From the IMG/VR virus record IMGVR_UViG_2554235223_000001: 64,000 nucleotides of DNA. One strand, given 5' to 3'. The position numbers were made by a program, and so were the translations under genes. Of the stretch, positions 40,353 to 49,795 are shown piece after piece. The notes beneath the pieces are model-generated. The model made no database searches. It saw only the letters and a list, made by a program, of their open reading frames with translations, and was not told where the DNA came from. Positions within the stretch are counted from its first letter, which is position 1. Every line of letters starts with the position of its first letter. The DNA comes from an uncultured virus (IMG/VR IMGVR_UViG_2554235223_000001). Its lineage: Duplodnaviria > Heunggongvirae > Uroviricota > Caudoviricetes.

Positions 40353-40978
40353 ACCACCAGTACCGCTTTTGCTTTCAGGAAGCGGGCGCGCCGGTCATCT
40401 ATGCCGTTCTGTCCGCCGTTGATAATCTGCGTGACGCGTGCAAGGTCACCGGGATAACGCAAACAGCCGCGTGAGGCATAAAACCAAGCAGCACTGCGCG
40501 CCGCATACTCATCCTGGGCCAGCAATTCAGGCTGTTTAACCAGATCAATCTTCAGAGCATTCCCGCAGTCGCGGTAATTGTTCAGGCCGGTGATCTGGAT
40601 GAGCCCACGCCCTCGGTAAAACCAGCCGTCTGTTGCCCCGTTATTACCCATGCGTTTGCTGTACACCAGGTTGGCGATCGCTCTTTGCCTCTCCAGTGGC
40701 AAAGAGGGCTCACCCTGACGGCGGCCGAGCGAATTAGCCTGACCCTGCGTCAGCCGCCCGGCGCGGACAAAACTATTCAACCCGGCCACGCTATAATTGA
40801 AGCTCTCAACAAGCTGGGTAAATCCCGTGCTTTCATGCCCTACCTGGGCAATGAACATCGCCTGATCGATAGCTGCTGTTATGCCAAACTCTTTCATCGC
40901 GGCTGTAATATGCGGAAACCAGCGCGCAGCTAACCCGGCGCTGATACCAGCCGCCTTCTGGAATTGTGTTTGATTCAT
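40349..40978 (-). CDS. Endolysin, glycoside hydrolase family 19
   Basis: FIAQVGHES, YRGRGLIQITG..NY and TQIINGG motifs. Confidence 0.92.
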   Translation of the reverse strand: MNQTQFQKAAGISAGLAARWFPHITAAMKEFGITAAIDQAMFIAQVGHESTGFTQLVESFNYSVAGLNSFVRAGRLTQGQANSLGRRQGEPSLPLERQRAIANLVYSKRMGNNGATDGWFYRGRGLIQITGLNNYRDCGNALKIDLVKQPELLAQDEYAARSAAWFYASRGCLRYPGDLARVTQIINGGQNGIDDRRARFLKAKAVLVV

Positions 40979-41259
40979 TAGTGCCTCAGTGTATCGACCA
41001 GACGCGCCACGTTACCCCGTGCCCACAGCACGGCGGCGCATATCATTACGTTTGCCATTACCACCAGCCAGTGGGACTGTACGTAAAGACCGAAGATAAA
41101 TTGGAAAGGAATGCTCGCGTAAATCAATACCAGCAAGTAAGCAAGAATGGAGATACCAGGGCGATGCCTGGCACCGCGACGTTGATAAAACATCAAAGCG
41201 CAGACAATAACGGCACATATCACCGCATTGACCAGCGCTGCCGGGTCATTTATTACCAC
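40978..41259 (-). CDS. Holin-family protein
   Basis: Three TM segments ending RGNVARL; upstream of endolysin. Confidence 0.75.
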   Translation of the reverse strand: MVINDPAALVNAVICAVIVCALMFYQRRGARHRPGISILAYLLVLIYASIPFQFIFGLYVQSHWLVVMANVMICAAVLWARGNVARLVDTLRH

Positions 41260-41641
41260 TCGAACCTCCTCCCCTTAATCGGGAAAGTAATCCGAACAGG
41301 CTGCTCAAGTCCTGGCTGTTAATGAAAGTCAGGACCTTGATGGTTACAGCAGATGCCACCACCGCACCGAGCGCATCAAGCGGACGATCCGTATAGCCTG
41401 TCCATGCAGTAAATTTTGAGCCTAATAATCCTGCAGCCAGAACACCGACAATAAACGACGTCATGAAGTAAGCTATTTGCCTTCCACGTGTCAGGTTTGC
41501 GGTCGTAGCCACGTAAAACACTGCGCCGCCAAAAGCCCCAAATACCACACCAAAATCGGTATGGGTGATAACGCCATATATGACGGAACCAATTAAACCG
41601 CCACCAAAAATCAGGCCGGTACCAGTTAAAGGATCGGACAT
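41246..41641 (-). CDS. Holin/antiholin-family protein
   Basis: Start MSDPLTG; GVVFGAFGGAVFYV; hydrophobic. Confidence 0.75.
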   Translation of the reverse strand: MSDPLTGTGLIFGGGLIGSVIYGVITHTDFGVVFGAFGGAVFYVATTANLTRGRQIAYFMTSFIVGVLAAGLLGSKFTAWTGYTDRPLDALGAVVASAVTIKVLTFINSQDLSSLFGLLSRLRGGGSSGNK

Positions 41642-41946
41642 TAAGCCCCCTCTTATTGCTGTGAGTCCTCTCAGAATTGAGGGGAAAATGAAAAGGCCGC
41701 GCATAAGCGCAGCCTCAAATGATTTGTTCCTCAGCTTGCCGAGGAGCCTTATTCATGGCGAAAAAAAGCCCGCTCAGAGGAACGGGCAGAAAGTAGGCAT
41801 TCTAGGTAGTAACAAACGAAAACGCACCTAATAGTCCGAGCTACCGATTTACCAGGAGAGCGCTCGCTTTTTCCGTTACTGCCTTTTAAACATAGCTGGA
41901 GAAGCCGAAACGGCAACCCACAACCTAATGTCTTAGTAGTATTGCA

Positions 41947-42053
41947 TGGTGCCGGGTGCCTCCCGGTGAGCATGTCCCAGCCGACATGACTCGCGCTGCA
42001 TTTACAGATCACTGTAAGTGACTGGTCGCCCCACCGCACAGGGGGATTCACCA
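41947..42053 (-). ncRNA. Candidate multibranched structured RNA, copy B
   Basis: TGGTG/CACCA closing stem, four hairpins, GTGC/GCAC loop complementarity; same layout as copy A. Confidence 0.6.
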
Positions 42054-42227
42054 CATGAATAGATTAACAAGATGTTATTTTTCTGGTCAATAAGATGTAA
42101 GCAAATGATGGCATGCAGTTTTCTTATTGCTGAGCTAAACCAGAAATCTGGTTCAGGGCTCTGCGCGGAGGGCTTTAACGTGTCGTGCGGCACGTCTCTA
42201 CCCAAGAGCCCTGACCGGATCGCAGGC

Positions 42228-42258
42228 ATAAAAAAGCCCCGGCGGGATGCCGAGGCTA
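42228..42258 (-). terminator. Intrinsic terminator downstream of Q (tR'-like)
   Basis: AGCCTCGGCATCCCGCCGGGGCTTTTTT on the minus strand. Confidence 0.7.
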
Positions 42259-42345
42259 ATTTTACAAACTGGTATGTGACTATCATCTTCATGCCGCCAC
42301 TTAAAGTTAAGGCAGCATATCAAAGTAGACTCAAATATGACGCAT

Positions 42346-43035
42346 TTAATTGACTTTTGCAAGACCCTGCTGCGAAAAAGTCGCTTTTTGTTGTGATCGT
42401 GTTCTCACGACACAGAGAAGAGAGTCGCTATCAAGCCGCTTAAAAATGGCGCACATAGTCCGCCAGTAATCAGCGTAGTTATGGCACCAGTTATCAGGTT
42501 TAACGCCACACAGGGCTGCAAGATCCTGGTGCTGGTATACATACTTACCCGCCAGCTCTGCTTTCACGTCCTGCGCTGCCAGCCATATCAGTTTCTTCAG
42601 CCGCTGCATCGTCTTGCCGGCCACTTTCTTAGCGCCGAGTTGATCACGGAATTCTTCCCATGCCCACTGTGTTATCGCTACCTGATACTCAAAGCGGATA
42701 TTGTCGCTGTAGTTCCACAGCAGCCAGGCTTTCTGATGCTCTTCCAGCGACAGCAGAGCCCGGCGCCAGCTTGCCGTCGAGTACTCAACGGGCAGAACGA
42801 GAGCGATTGATGAACCTTTTGCGCGCGACTGCTGCCCGGGGATTGGCGGGCTGGATGGGTTTACCATGCGGCCTGTTACCGGATCGGCTACTTTCTTCCT
42901 TCCCCGGCTGCGCGCCGTAGCGGTGAATTGTGCGTTCTCTGCAAAAGCAACCAACTGTCCTTTCGTCGCACCGCTCAGATCCGCGGTGGCCACTATCAGC
43001 TGCTGGCGAACATACTCAAGGTACTGGGTATTCAT
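42346..43035 (-). CDS. Late antitermination protein Q
   Basis: ATADLSGATKGQL N-terminus; between nin region and lysis genes. Confidence 0.82.
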   Translation of the reverse strand: MNTQYLEYVRQQLIVATADLSGATKGQLVAFAENAQFTATARSRGRKKVADPVTGRMVNPSSPPIPGQQSRAKGSSIALVLPVEYSTASWRRALLSLEEHQKAWLLWNYSDNIRFEYQVAITQWAWEEFRDQLGAKKVAGKTMQRLKKLIWLAAQDVKAELAGKYVYQHQDLAALCGVKPDNWCHNYADYWRTMCAIFKRLDSDSLLCVVRTRSQQKATFSQQGLAKVN

Positions 43036-43172
43036 GCTTTCTCTCCTGAAGCCTGATAGATGCGGACGAAATTCTTCAAAATTCGGTAGTCAACCAGTAC
43101 GGTGCCACGGTGCCGGCATAGACGCAGCTTTTGCCAGCGGTCGCGGATGCGTTCGATAACGTCACGGCTCAT
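43032..43172 (-). CDS. YlcG-like small protein (46 aa)
   Basis: MSRDVIERIRDRWQKLRLCRHRGTVLVDYRILKNFVRIY; ATGA overlaps on both sides. Confidence 0.65.
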   Translation of the reverse strand: MSRDVIERIRDRWQKLRLCRHRGTVLVDYRILKNFVRIYQASGEKA

Positions 43173-43807
43173 GCGGCCTCCTGATGGCGGGCGCGGCGCT
43201 TTTCCAGCGCGCGGGCTCTGCGGGTGAATATGGATTTGATTCGCTGCAGGTAGGGAATATCGAACCGGCGCGGCTCGTTATCAGACTCAAGGCGCTTTAC
43301 GCGATCCAGGCCAATGCGTTCAATCAGGTGAATGCGATATTCAACAGCGTTGCCGCTCAACTGCCGGTTGCAGCGGGTGCAGGCGGAGTGGACATTGAAC
43401 ACGTTGAATTTCAGGTGCGACGCCGCACCACGGGAACGGTAATGACTGGCGTCAATTGCGCTGCCGGTCAGGTAGTTGCTCTTACCAATAAGCGGGTTTC
43501 CGCAGCTCACGCAGGGCTTACCTTCATCACGAATGCGAATATACCGGTTAAAGGCTGACTGAGCCTCTTTATCCCATTGGGCCTTTGTCTTGAATGACTC
43601 TCGCTTGGCCCGGCGACGCTGGCGACCTTCCTTTTCGGATTCGCGCTGGCGCTTCACCGCCCTGGCCTTCGCCGCCTCCCGGGCTTTTGCTGTCTGTTTT
43701 TTGCCGATCGCGCTGGCGCATTCAAAACTGCATACCACCTGCCCCTCCCGGGCAGGATGGAACCATTCGCGGCAGTGGGCGCATTTACGGCGTGCTGGTT
43801 TACGCAT
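43169..43807 (-). CDS. ninG: NinG (Rap) recombination endonuclease
   Basis: FNRYIRIRD..CVSCG..DASHY..NVHSACTRCN. Confidence 0.88.
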   Translation of the reverse strand: MRKPARRKCAHCREWFHPAREGQVVCSFECASAIGKKQTAKAREAAKARAVKRQRESEKEGRQRRRAKRESFKTKAQWDKEAQSAFNRYIRIRDEGKPCVSCGNPLIGKSNYLTGSAIDASHYRSRGAASHLKFNVFNVHSACTRCNRQLSGNAVEYRIHLIERIGLDRVKRLESDNEPRRFDIPYLQRIKSIFTRRARALEKRRARHQEAA

Positions 43808-43976
43808 GTGGCCTCCTTGCTCTCAGGCGTAGCCACTTCTTATCGACCAGGCGGGCGGTATAGTCTTTCAGGGTCGGTATGTCGGAAGGCTTAACTTCGA
43901 CCTTGCGCTTGCGGCGCGCCGGCACGCGGAAGATGCCGCGCTCCATTACTTTGGCGAGAAGACATTGCATAGCCAT
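43800..43976 (-). CDS. NinE-like small protein (58 aa)
   Basis: GIFRVPARRKRK..PSDIPTLKDYTARL..KWLRLRARR. Confidence 0.6.
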   Translation of the reverse strand: MAMQCLLAKVMERGIFRVPARRKRKVEVKPSDIPTLKDYTARLVDKKWLRLRARRPHA

Positions 43977-44572
43977 CACCCCGCAAAGCTCAGCAGCTGA
44001 CTGGCGGCGTTTTCAGCCTCAGCTGGCGAGTGGAACTTGCGACGCAGAATGTAGTTCCAGAGCACATTCAGCACTGATTTGTAGACGCCGTTAAACTGGC
44101 TGTCGTCCATGCTGGCGAAGGAGATCGACTTTGCGACACGACGACGGCTGCCGTCAGGCATCTGGTATTCGTCGTAAAAGCCAGCCTGAATGGTTGCCCA
44201 CTCGCGGAAGGATTCGAAGTGTTTCAGAAGCGCCATATCGCGGGAACGAGAAATACCGACAGAGGAGAGATACATCTCCGCGGCGTTCTGGAGCGCAGCG
44301 CGCTGATCGAAGTCAGATGAAAGGAAGTCGATAAACCCGGATATGAGGGCGCGCTCAGCGGGCTCAATGAGGCCACCGGAAGGCGTCCAGTAGTGATACC
44401 CGAGAGTCAGAAGTTTGAAGAACTTCTTGTGGAATGCGTAATTCCGGGGCTTGCGGAACTCACCGCAAAGCAGTTGCCCTACTGGGATAAGTTGCAGGTA
44501 TTCGCTGGTTCCCGGCTCTGCAGGAATCAGTACGTTTTGATAACTCTTCTCAAATTGCAGTGTTTGCGCCAT
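43976..44572 (-). CDS. DUF1367-like phage protein
   Basis: PRNYAFHKKFF and KSISFASMD motifs. Confidence 0.75.
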   Translation of the reverse strand: MAQTLQFEKSYQNVLIPAEPGTSEYLQLIPVGQLLCGEFRKPRNYAFHKKFFKLLTLGYHYWTPSGGLIEPAERALISGFIDFLSSDFDQRAALQNAAEMYLSSVGISRSRDMALLKHFESFREWATIQAGFYDEYQMPDGSRRRVAKSISFASMDDSQFNGVYKSVLNVLWNYILRRKFHSPAEAENAASQLLSFAG

Positions 44573-44667
44573 GTGTCCCCACTTGGCGCCGGGGTAAAGT
44601 TGTCAGTTGTCCAGACTGACGAGATAATTATGACGGGCTAAATCCCGAATTGCAAAACGAGCATAGG

Positions 44668-44925
44668 CTATTTTTTCTCGTTCTGACTGGCCATTTCCAG
44701 ATAGCGCGGATCGGATGCTCGGAGTAGCTGGATACTCTGCTCTCGGTAGTGGCGGACGCGCTCCATGAAGTAGTTTCTCAGGTGCTCTGGCTGCTCTCTG
44801 GCGACCACTTCGGCGACAACCGGCATGTTCAGGCGCTCTTTGTAGGCGACGCCGGAGGCTGCGAGATCAACGTTGACTTTGTTCTGCTCTTCTAGGCCTT
44901 TGGATGCTATGTTGTAGTTAGACAT
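44668..44925 (-). CDS. DNA polymerase III theta homologue (HolE/Hot-like)
   Basis: [33 protein letters not shown]. Confidence 0.88.
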   Translation of the reverse strand: MSNYNIASKGLEEQNKVNVDLAASGVAYKERLNMPVVAEVVAREQPEHLRNYFMERVRHYREQSIQLLRASDPRYLEMASQNEKK

Positions 44926-44948
44926 AAATATCTCTCTTAGGCTCAAGA

Positions 44949-45188
44949 ATGAATAATCAAAAATACATCTGTATTGCTGCTTCAGTGATAGTGGCATGCA
45001 TGTTTGTCATTGTCCCGTCAGATAAAATGGTTAGCGGTCAGTCTCTTGATTTTACATATAAATTCATTTGGAACTTAGGTGTTCCTGATGGGGATATATT
45101 TCCTTATGTGCCGAATGTTGGCTTTTTGATTGCCCAGATAATAGGCGTCCTTGCCATTGTGTGGTTGTTAAGTAAGGTAAAAAGATAA
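44949..45188 (+). CDS. Small AT-rich membrane protein, opposite strand
   Basis: 79 aa with two hydrophobic segments. Confidence 0.55.
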   Translation: MNNQKYICIAASVIVACMFVIVPSDKMVSGQSLDFTYKFIWNLGVPDGDIFPYVPNVGFLIAQIIGVLAIVWLLSKVKR

Positions 45189-45284
45189 TCAGCTCAGTTG
45201 CATGGCTGGTACATCTTTAGGTTATTGATTACTCGCCGGCAGCCAACTGCCGCGCGCTGCGCGGCTTTGCGTTCAGCGGGGGAT

Positions 45285-45509
45285 TTAGGCATCGCCAGAT
45301 CCCCGCGTCGGTGCAGTGTCGATAGCCAGCAAATGTGGCGATTCAAGATAACGAATCATCGTTTCTGCTACCTGCTGGCGAGCCTTTAAATCCTGAAGCA
45401 CTATTAGTAAGACTGGCGAAAGAGACTTTCTATCGACGTTGTAGCCATAACGCTGCAGGGTGCCAATGAGGTCTGCAAGGATCTGGCTATCTGTAAGCTC
45501 ATGACTCAC
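45285..45509 (-). CDS. Hypothetical phage protein
   Basis: Overlaps the upstream gene; GGAGG RBS. Confidence 0.55.
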   Translation of the reverse strand: MSHELTDSQILADLIGTLQRYGYNVDRKSLSPVLLIVLQDLKARQQVAETMIRYLESPHLLAIDTAPTRGSGDA

Positions 45510-46248
45510 TCTTCACCTCCTGCGGTGCGGCCGGCAGCGGCATCCAGTGAGTTGGTGTCCATGACGCGCCGGGGATCAACCAGCCGCTACTCTGCGCATC
45601 AGGGTGGCCAGGGATATACGTTGCCCATTTGCAACACCACCGCGGCTTCTCTCCCCACCAACGCCCGACCAAAACCTCATGACGACTTGGCGGCATCTGC
45701 TCGCTTACCTGAATCCATCCCTGGCTTTGCGCTGGAGTGTCGCCGTTTTGCTCCGGAGAAACGTGGTTTTGCGCCGGGCAGCAATCGGATTGCGCCGGAG
45801 ATTTGGTGTGCAGCACCTGCACATTTTCGTCACTCCTGCAGATCGCTTCAGTTCCTGCACTTTTTTTTAATTCCTGCAGCATGGCGGCGCGGCAGGCGTT
45901 CCAGCCCTTCACCTCAGCGATGGCTGCTACTGCATCCACGGCGTACATGCTCAGTGTATTTGGAATTGATTTTTCCTCCGGCACTACCGGCACCGGCTGC
46001 GCGTGGCGATAGAGCGGCAGTACGGCCACATCACCATCTTTTGCTACAAATGCTGCCCGGCATTTATCGTTTGTAACATGCCATTGCTCACGATAGTGCC
46101 ATGTCCACGCCACCGGCTCGCTGTCCATTGCGACCAGCGTCATGCGGGCCAACTCTTCTATTTCATCGTGACTCGGCGGCAGCGTCATTGCGCGATGAAA
46201 GTTCGCTATTAGCTCTATGCGCTCTCTGGTTATGGTTGATTTGGTCAT
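45499..46248 (-). CDS. DUF551/Eaa-like mosaic protein
   Basis: GWNACRAAML, WIQVSEQMP and THWMPLPAAP modules. Confidence 0.75.
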   Translation of the reverse strand: MTKSTITRERIELIANFHRAMTLPPSHDEIEELARMTLVAMDSEPVAWTWHYREQWHVTNDKCRAAFVAKDGDVAVLPLYRHAQPVPVVPEEKSIPNTLSMYAVDAVAAIAEVKGWNACRAAMLQELKKSAGTEAICRSDENVQVLHTKSPAQSDCCPAQNHVSPEQNGDTPAQSQGWIQVSEQMPPSRHEVLVGRWWGEKPRWCCKWATYIPGHPDAQSSGWLIPGASWTPTHWMPLPAAPQEVKSES

Positions 46249-46541
46249 GGTTGACTCCAGTTATCCTCGATAGCCACACCTAAACGGTGCAGCCAGTCGG
46301 CAAGTTTCAGCATCGACTCACGGTCACCAAGTCCTTCCGGAAAGTCTTTCAGTTCGATAGTCGGTATGAAACGACCGAAACTATCGCGCTCTATCGTCAA
46401 ATGCTGCTCCAGAACAGTCTGATGAATGCGGCTGTTATGCCGCACCAGGTAAACGGATTTGGAGTCTTTGGCTTTAGGGTCATAGCGATACTCGGTCAGT
46501 ATCATCTGGCTTCTGGTGCGATCTGTTCCTCTCCACATCAC
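46245..46541 (-). CDS. Hypothetical phage protein
   Basis: Translationally coupled ORF. Confidence 0.6.
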   Translation of the reverse strand: MMWRGTDRTRSQMILTEYRYDPKAKDSKSVYLVRHNSRIHQTVLEQHLTIERDSFGRFIPTIELKDFPEGLGDRESMLKLADWLHRLGVAIEDNWSQP

Positions 46542-46858
46542 TCAGCCTCCACCTTGATGCCAGAGGCAGTTAGTATCCGCTCGACCTGTTCCTGATAACC
46601 CTGACCGCCTGCGCTAACAGCTTGCGGCAGCTTCACGGTGACGGTGCGGGACTCCAATGACGACAAAAGCGCTTTAATTTCTCCTTGCTGAAATGCAATC
46701 GTCTCCTGCGCCTTCTCCAGCGCCTCTACCAGCGCGAGGATGTATTTACGCAGCACTCGAGCGTATTGAGTAGACGGCGTGGGGTATTCGCTGATCTGCT
46801 TCAACTGGGCCAACGCATCATTAATTTCAGATTGCGCCAGTTCGGTGATATCAGTCAT
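46538..46858 (-). CDS. Ead/Ea22-like protein
   Basis: MTDITELAQ..ILALVEALEKAQ. Confidence 0.55.
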   Translation of the reverse strand: MTDITELAQSEINDALAQLKQISEYPTPSTQYARVLRKYILALVEALEKAQETIAFQQGEIKALLSSLESRTVTVKLPQAVSAGGQGYQEQVERILTASGIKVEAE

Positions 46859-47061
46859 GCTGCACGCTCCGCCTTCTGCTTGTTGTATATGGCCCAGCTA
46901 AGGGCATCGAGTTTGCGCTGACCGGCTTTGTCGAAGAGGTGAATGCCGTTTTTGCAGGCATGCTCGGCCTTCACTTGCTCTTCCAGTTGAGCCAGTTGCT
47001 CATAGGTGAGCGTTGCCAGCTTCAGGCGGCTCCAGCCAAAGTTAGGGATACGGTTGCTCAT
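46855..47061 (-). CDS. Hypothetical phage protein
   Basis: ATGA-coupled ORF. Confidence 0.6.
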   Translation of the reverse strand: MSNRIPNFGWSRLKLATLTYEQLAQLEEQVKAEHACKNGIHLFDKAGQRKLDALSWAIYNKQKAERAA

Positions 47062-47318
47062 TTGTCGGCCCCATCGCTGCGGAACATCATGATTGTCAGG
47101 TCGCCTTTAGTGGCCAGGCGAACGGTAGAGCCAGGTTCCATGCTGTTAAGCCCAAAGGCGTCATAAAGATCATTCACAGCTTTCTGGCGGCGAGATTCCT
47201 TACGACGCTTGTCCCACTGCCTCAGAGCATTTTTGGTAATCCACTGGCCTGTTTTGACCATGATGTATGCCCATCCAAGAATGGCTAAACCGGTATTGAG
47301 ATAAGTGGCGATGCTCAT
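47058..47318 (-). CDS. Hypothetical phage protein with N-terminal TM
   Basis: ATGA-coupled ORF. Confidence 0.6.
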   Translation of the reverse strand: MSIATYLNTGLAILGWAYIMVKTGQWITKNALRQWDKRRKESRRQKAVNDLYDAFGLNSMEPGSTVRLATKGDLTIMMFRSDGADK

Positions 47319-47737
47319 TTGTCGGCCCCCTCGCGCAGTTGCTCGAAAAACTCCTTACCGCAGTCGATAGCGCCAACAATTACGGCAACTTCATCGCCTA
47401 CAAAATCACCCTCATCGACATGCTGCTGCAGGAGACCAATGAACTCCTCAACCCCATCAGCCTTAATCCCGGCTACGATGCGGTCGGTGGCGGGGGTTTC
47501 GTCTGCAAACGTGTCGCAAATCATATGCAGGTAGCCTTCATTCGTTGGTCTGATACGGTTCATCACCCCAGCGATGAAATACTCCCGGCATTCGCTGATT
47601 ATTTTTTTTGCCTCCACATTCTCCGCAGCCAGCTGCTTAAACGCTTTCGCCAGCTTCAGGAACTTCTGCTCTCTGATCGACAGCTCGCCTGCGCTCTCCA
47701 GGGAGGCGATGAGCTCGTTTACTGTTTCGATGTTCAT
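47315..47737 (-). CDS. Hypothetical phage protein
   Basis: Start MNIETVNELIASLESAGELS; coupled. Confidence 0.6.
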   Translation of the reverse strand: MNIETVNELIASLESAGELSIREQKFLKLAKAFKQLAAENVEAKKIISECREYFIAGVMNRIRPTNEGYLHMICDTFADETPATDRIVAGIKADGVEEFIGLLQQHVDEGDFVGDEVAVIVGAIDCGKEFFEQLREGADK

Positions 47738-48036
47738 TTTCTTACTCCCGCCAGGCACTGGTTAAAAAGATTGGTCATTGGGTTTACGCCGCCAGGACGC
47801 TGGCGATACTGAGCCGACGGATCGCTTTCGGTTACGGCTGTCGTGTCGATCAGGGTGTAGCGGTAGCTCCTGCACTCACCCGCACGCTGTACCTGGCCGT
47901 CACGGTGCATCTGCCACAGGGAGGAATTGACCACTGAAGAGTCAAGGCCGGTACCGCGGCGGATATCCTGAAAGCTGCAGCCAGGATGCTGGCCGATGAA
48001 GTTAATAACGGCTTGTTTGCCAGAGTTCTTTTTCAT
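47734..48036 (-). CDS. Winged-helix protein downstream of P
   Basis: HTH-like FIGQHPGCSFQDIRRGTGL. Confidence 0.55.
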   Translation of the reverse strand: MKKNSGKQAVINFIGQHPGCSFQDIRRGTGLDSSVVNSSLWQMHRDGQVQRAGECRSYRYTLIDTTAVTESDPSAQYRQRPGGVNPMTNLFNQCLAGVRK

Positions 48037-48770
48037 GACCGCCCTCTCCCCAGTCCAAATTTCGCCCGAATTTCTGCGATTTTGTTTAACCCCTGCTCCT
48101 GACTTAATGGCCGGCCACCAAGTTTTGGAATCTGCTTAACCGGCTCTGGAATCGCTTCTCCTGCGTTTAAACGACGCACCATACGCATCAGCTCATCCTG
48201 AGCCTTGCGGCGCAGCTCAGCGTCGCTGAGGCCGTTTGCGCGCATGTCTGCGTACAGTCCAGTAACCATCCAGTAGCAGGCCTTGTGCTTCAGCGTTACC
48301 GGCGTGACGTTGTGCTCTGGCCACGGATAGGACTCAGCATCCGGGTATTGCCCGCGGGTCCGGCAGTACTGGTAAACCATATCGACCAGCTCCACTGCAT
48401 CCGGCAGTCTGGCAGATACGGCTGATTCCGATTTGCACCAGGCGACAAATTGACCCGGCGATGGCATGAATGGACGATCCTGTTTGCGGGCAACGCGCAT
48501 TCCGGCGTTGATTTGCTCCATCGAGACAATCCCGTTTTCCTTGAACGCCAGAAGCCACTGCCGGCGCATCTCGTTCATCTCCTCGGGTGTTTTGCTGGCC
48601 AGCGCCGGGAACACAGCGAGCAACTGGCGGAACAGTTCGTTGAAGATCTCAGCAGTCTTTGCCGCCTGGCGCTTTACTGCCTGCTCGCCCTGCAGTTCAG
48701 GAAGCCCGGCAGCCACGCGCTGGAAGTTTTCCCGGTCGAAGTTGTGCATGCTTTCAGCGATTGATTTCAT
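48033..48770 (-). CDS. Replication protein P (helicase loader)
   Basis: RRQWLLAFKENGI..PFMPSPGQFVAWC. Confidence 0.9.
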   Translation of the reverse strand: MKSIAESMHNFDRENFQRVAAGLPELQGEQAVKRQAAKTAEIFNELFRQLLAVFPALASKTPEEMNEMRRQWLLAFKENGIVSMEQINAGMRVARKQDRPFMPSPGQFVAWCKSESAVSARLPDAVELVDMVYQYCRTRGQYPDAESYPWPEHNVTPVTLKHKACYWMVTGLYADMRANGLSDAELRRKAQDELMRMVRRLNAGEAIPEPVKQIPKLGGRPLSQEQGLNKIAEIRAKFGLGRGRS

Positions 48771-49795
48771 TCGAGCACCCCATAAATCCAGTCAGTGTTG
48801 TTCAGGTCGACTTTTGGCTTCCCGGCAACCTGAACCCCTGGCGCGCTGCGCTGCATGGTCAGCTTGTCCCACTGCTTGCGCAGCGCTTCAGGGCTCAGGA
48901 TGTTGCGATGCCAGAACGAGTCTTTGCTGGCCCAGTCGTACATGGCGCAAATGTCCTGGTGGCTGCGGTTGTCGATCTGGCGCATCAGTCGAACCGTGTT
49001 TGACCAGGCGGTCATGTCAGGGGCTTTGCAGGTTGGGTTGATCATCCTGACCCTGGAGAAAATCCACTTGGCAACCCGAAGGTCTTCAGCGGTTCCCCAC
49101 TTGCTTCCGCTGGGCGTGTAAACCGCAGCATCAGGATGAGCAGACAAAAATTTCTTCAGGCGGGCGTCAGAGGATTCGCCAGAATTCTCGGACGAAGATC
49201 TTTTAATATTTTTATTCTTGTTATTACCTTCTTGTTCATGTTGTGCGGTTGTTTGTGCGGATTCATGTGCGGCTTCATGTGTGGGCACCACCTTCAAACC
49301 CGCGCCATTGCTGGGCTCGCCATGTGCGGAAGTATGTGCGGCTTCATGTGCGGCTTCATGTGCGGGTAAACTGTCTGTTTTTTGAGCATACTCTGCAAAA
49401 TTTGTGATGGTAATCACTCTCCCTTTTTGCTTCTCACCTTCGATAGAAATCATCCCTTCGCGCACAAAAACGGCCAGCATTCTCTCCACTGAATCGCGAC
49501 TAGTAGGATTCCCTTTCCGGTCGCAAAGCTGCAGCCCTAAATCGGCCGCTGTGACCACCAGTTGACCGGGCAGCAGTGACCACTCATGACCTTTGAAAGT
49601 CGCTTTGAATGGCTGACGAGCAGCATTAAGCAGCAGGTTTTCCCACAGGGTTCTGAGGTACACATCTTTTGCCCAGGACTGCTTGAGAACGCTCCGGTAC
49701 AACGGGATGTAGCCAGATTTCTGGTTTTCCATCCGGTTGCTCCTGAATTGCCCCGGCGCGGCGCCGGGAAACTTGAGTATTTCTGCGGTGTTCAT
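48767..49795 (-). CDS. Replication initiator (O-like)
   Basis: Lambda-O-like C-terminus FWHRNILSPEALRKQWDKL; internal iterons. Confidence 0.88.
   Translation of the reverse strand: MNTAEILKFPGAAPGQFRSNRMENQKSGYIPLYRSVLKQSWAKDVYLRTLWENLLLNAARQPFKATFKGHEWSLLPGQLVVTAADLGLQLCDRKGNPTSRDSVERMLAVFVREGMISIEGEKQKGRVITITNFAEYAQKTDSLPAHEAAHEAAHTSAHGEPSNGAGLKVVPTHEAAHESAQTTAQHEQEGNNKNKNIKRSSSENSGESSDARLKKFLSAHPDAAVYTPSGSKWGTAEDLRVAKWIFSRVRMINPTCKAPDMTAWSNTVRLMRQIDNRSHQDICAMYDWASKDSFWHRNILSPEALRKQWDKLTMQRSAPGVQVAGKPKVDLNNTDWIYGVLE
49200..49365. repeat. Replication origin: two blocks of four TGTGCGG iterons (12-bp period) plus AT-rich tract
   Basis: Copies at 49242, 49254, 49266, 49278 (variant), 49323, 49335, 49347, 49359; AT-rich 49200-49230. 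Confidence 0.8.

Noticed and set aside
41700..42340. tRNA genes downstream of Q
   Set aside because: No GTTCGA T-loop or cloverleaf seen by eye; tRNAscan-SE would confirm
41749..42353. ORFs between Q and holin
   Set aside because: No convincing RBS or protein features; they overlap terminators and structured RNA candidates
49240..49365. CRISPR array or functional protein repeat
   Set aside because: Units are 12 bp with no unique spacers and no cas genes; best explained as iterons
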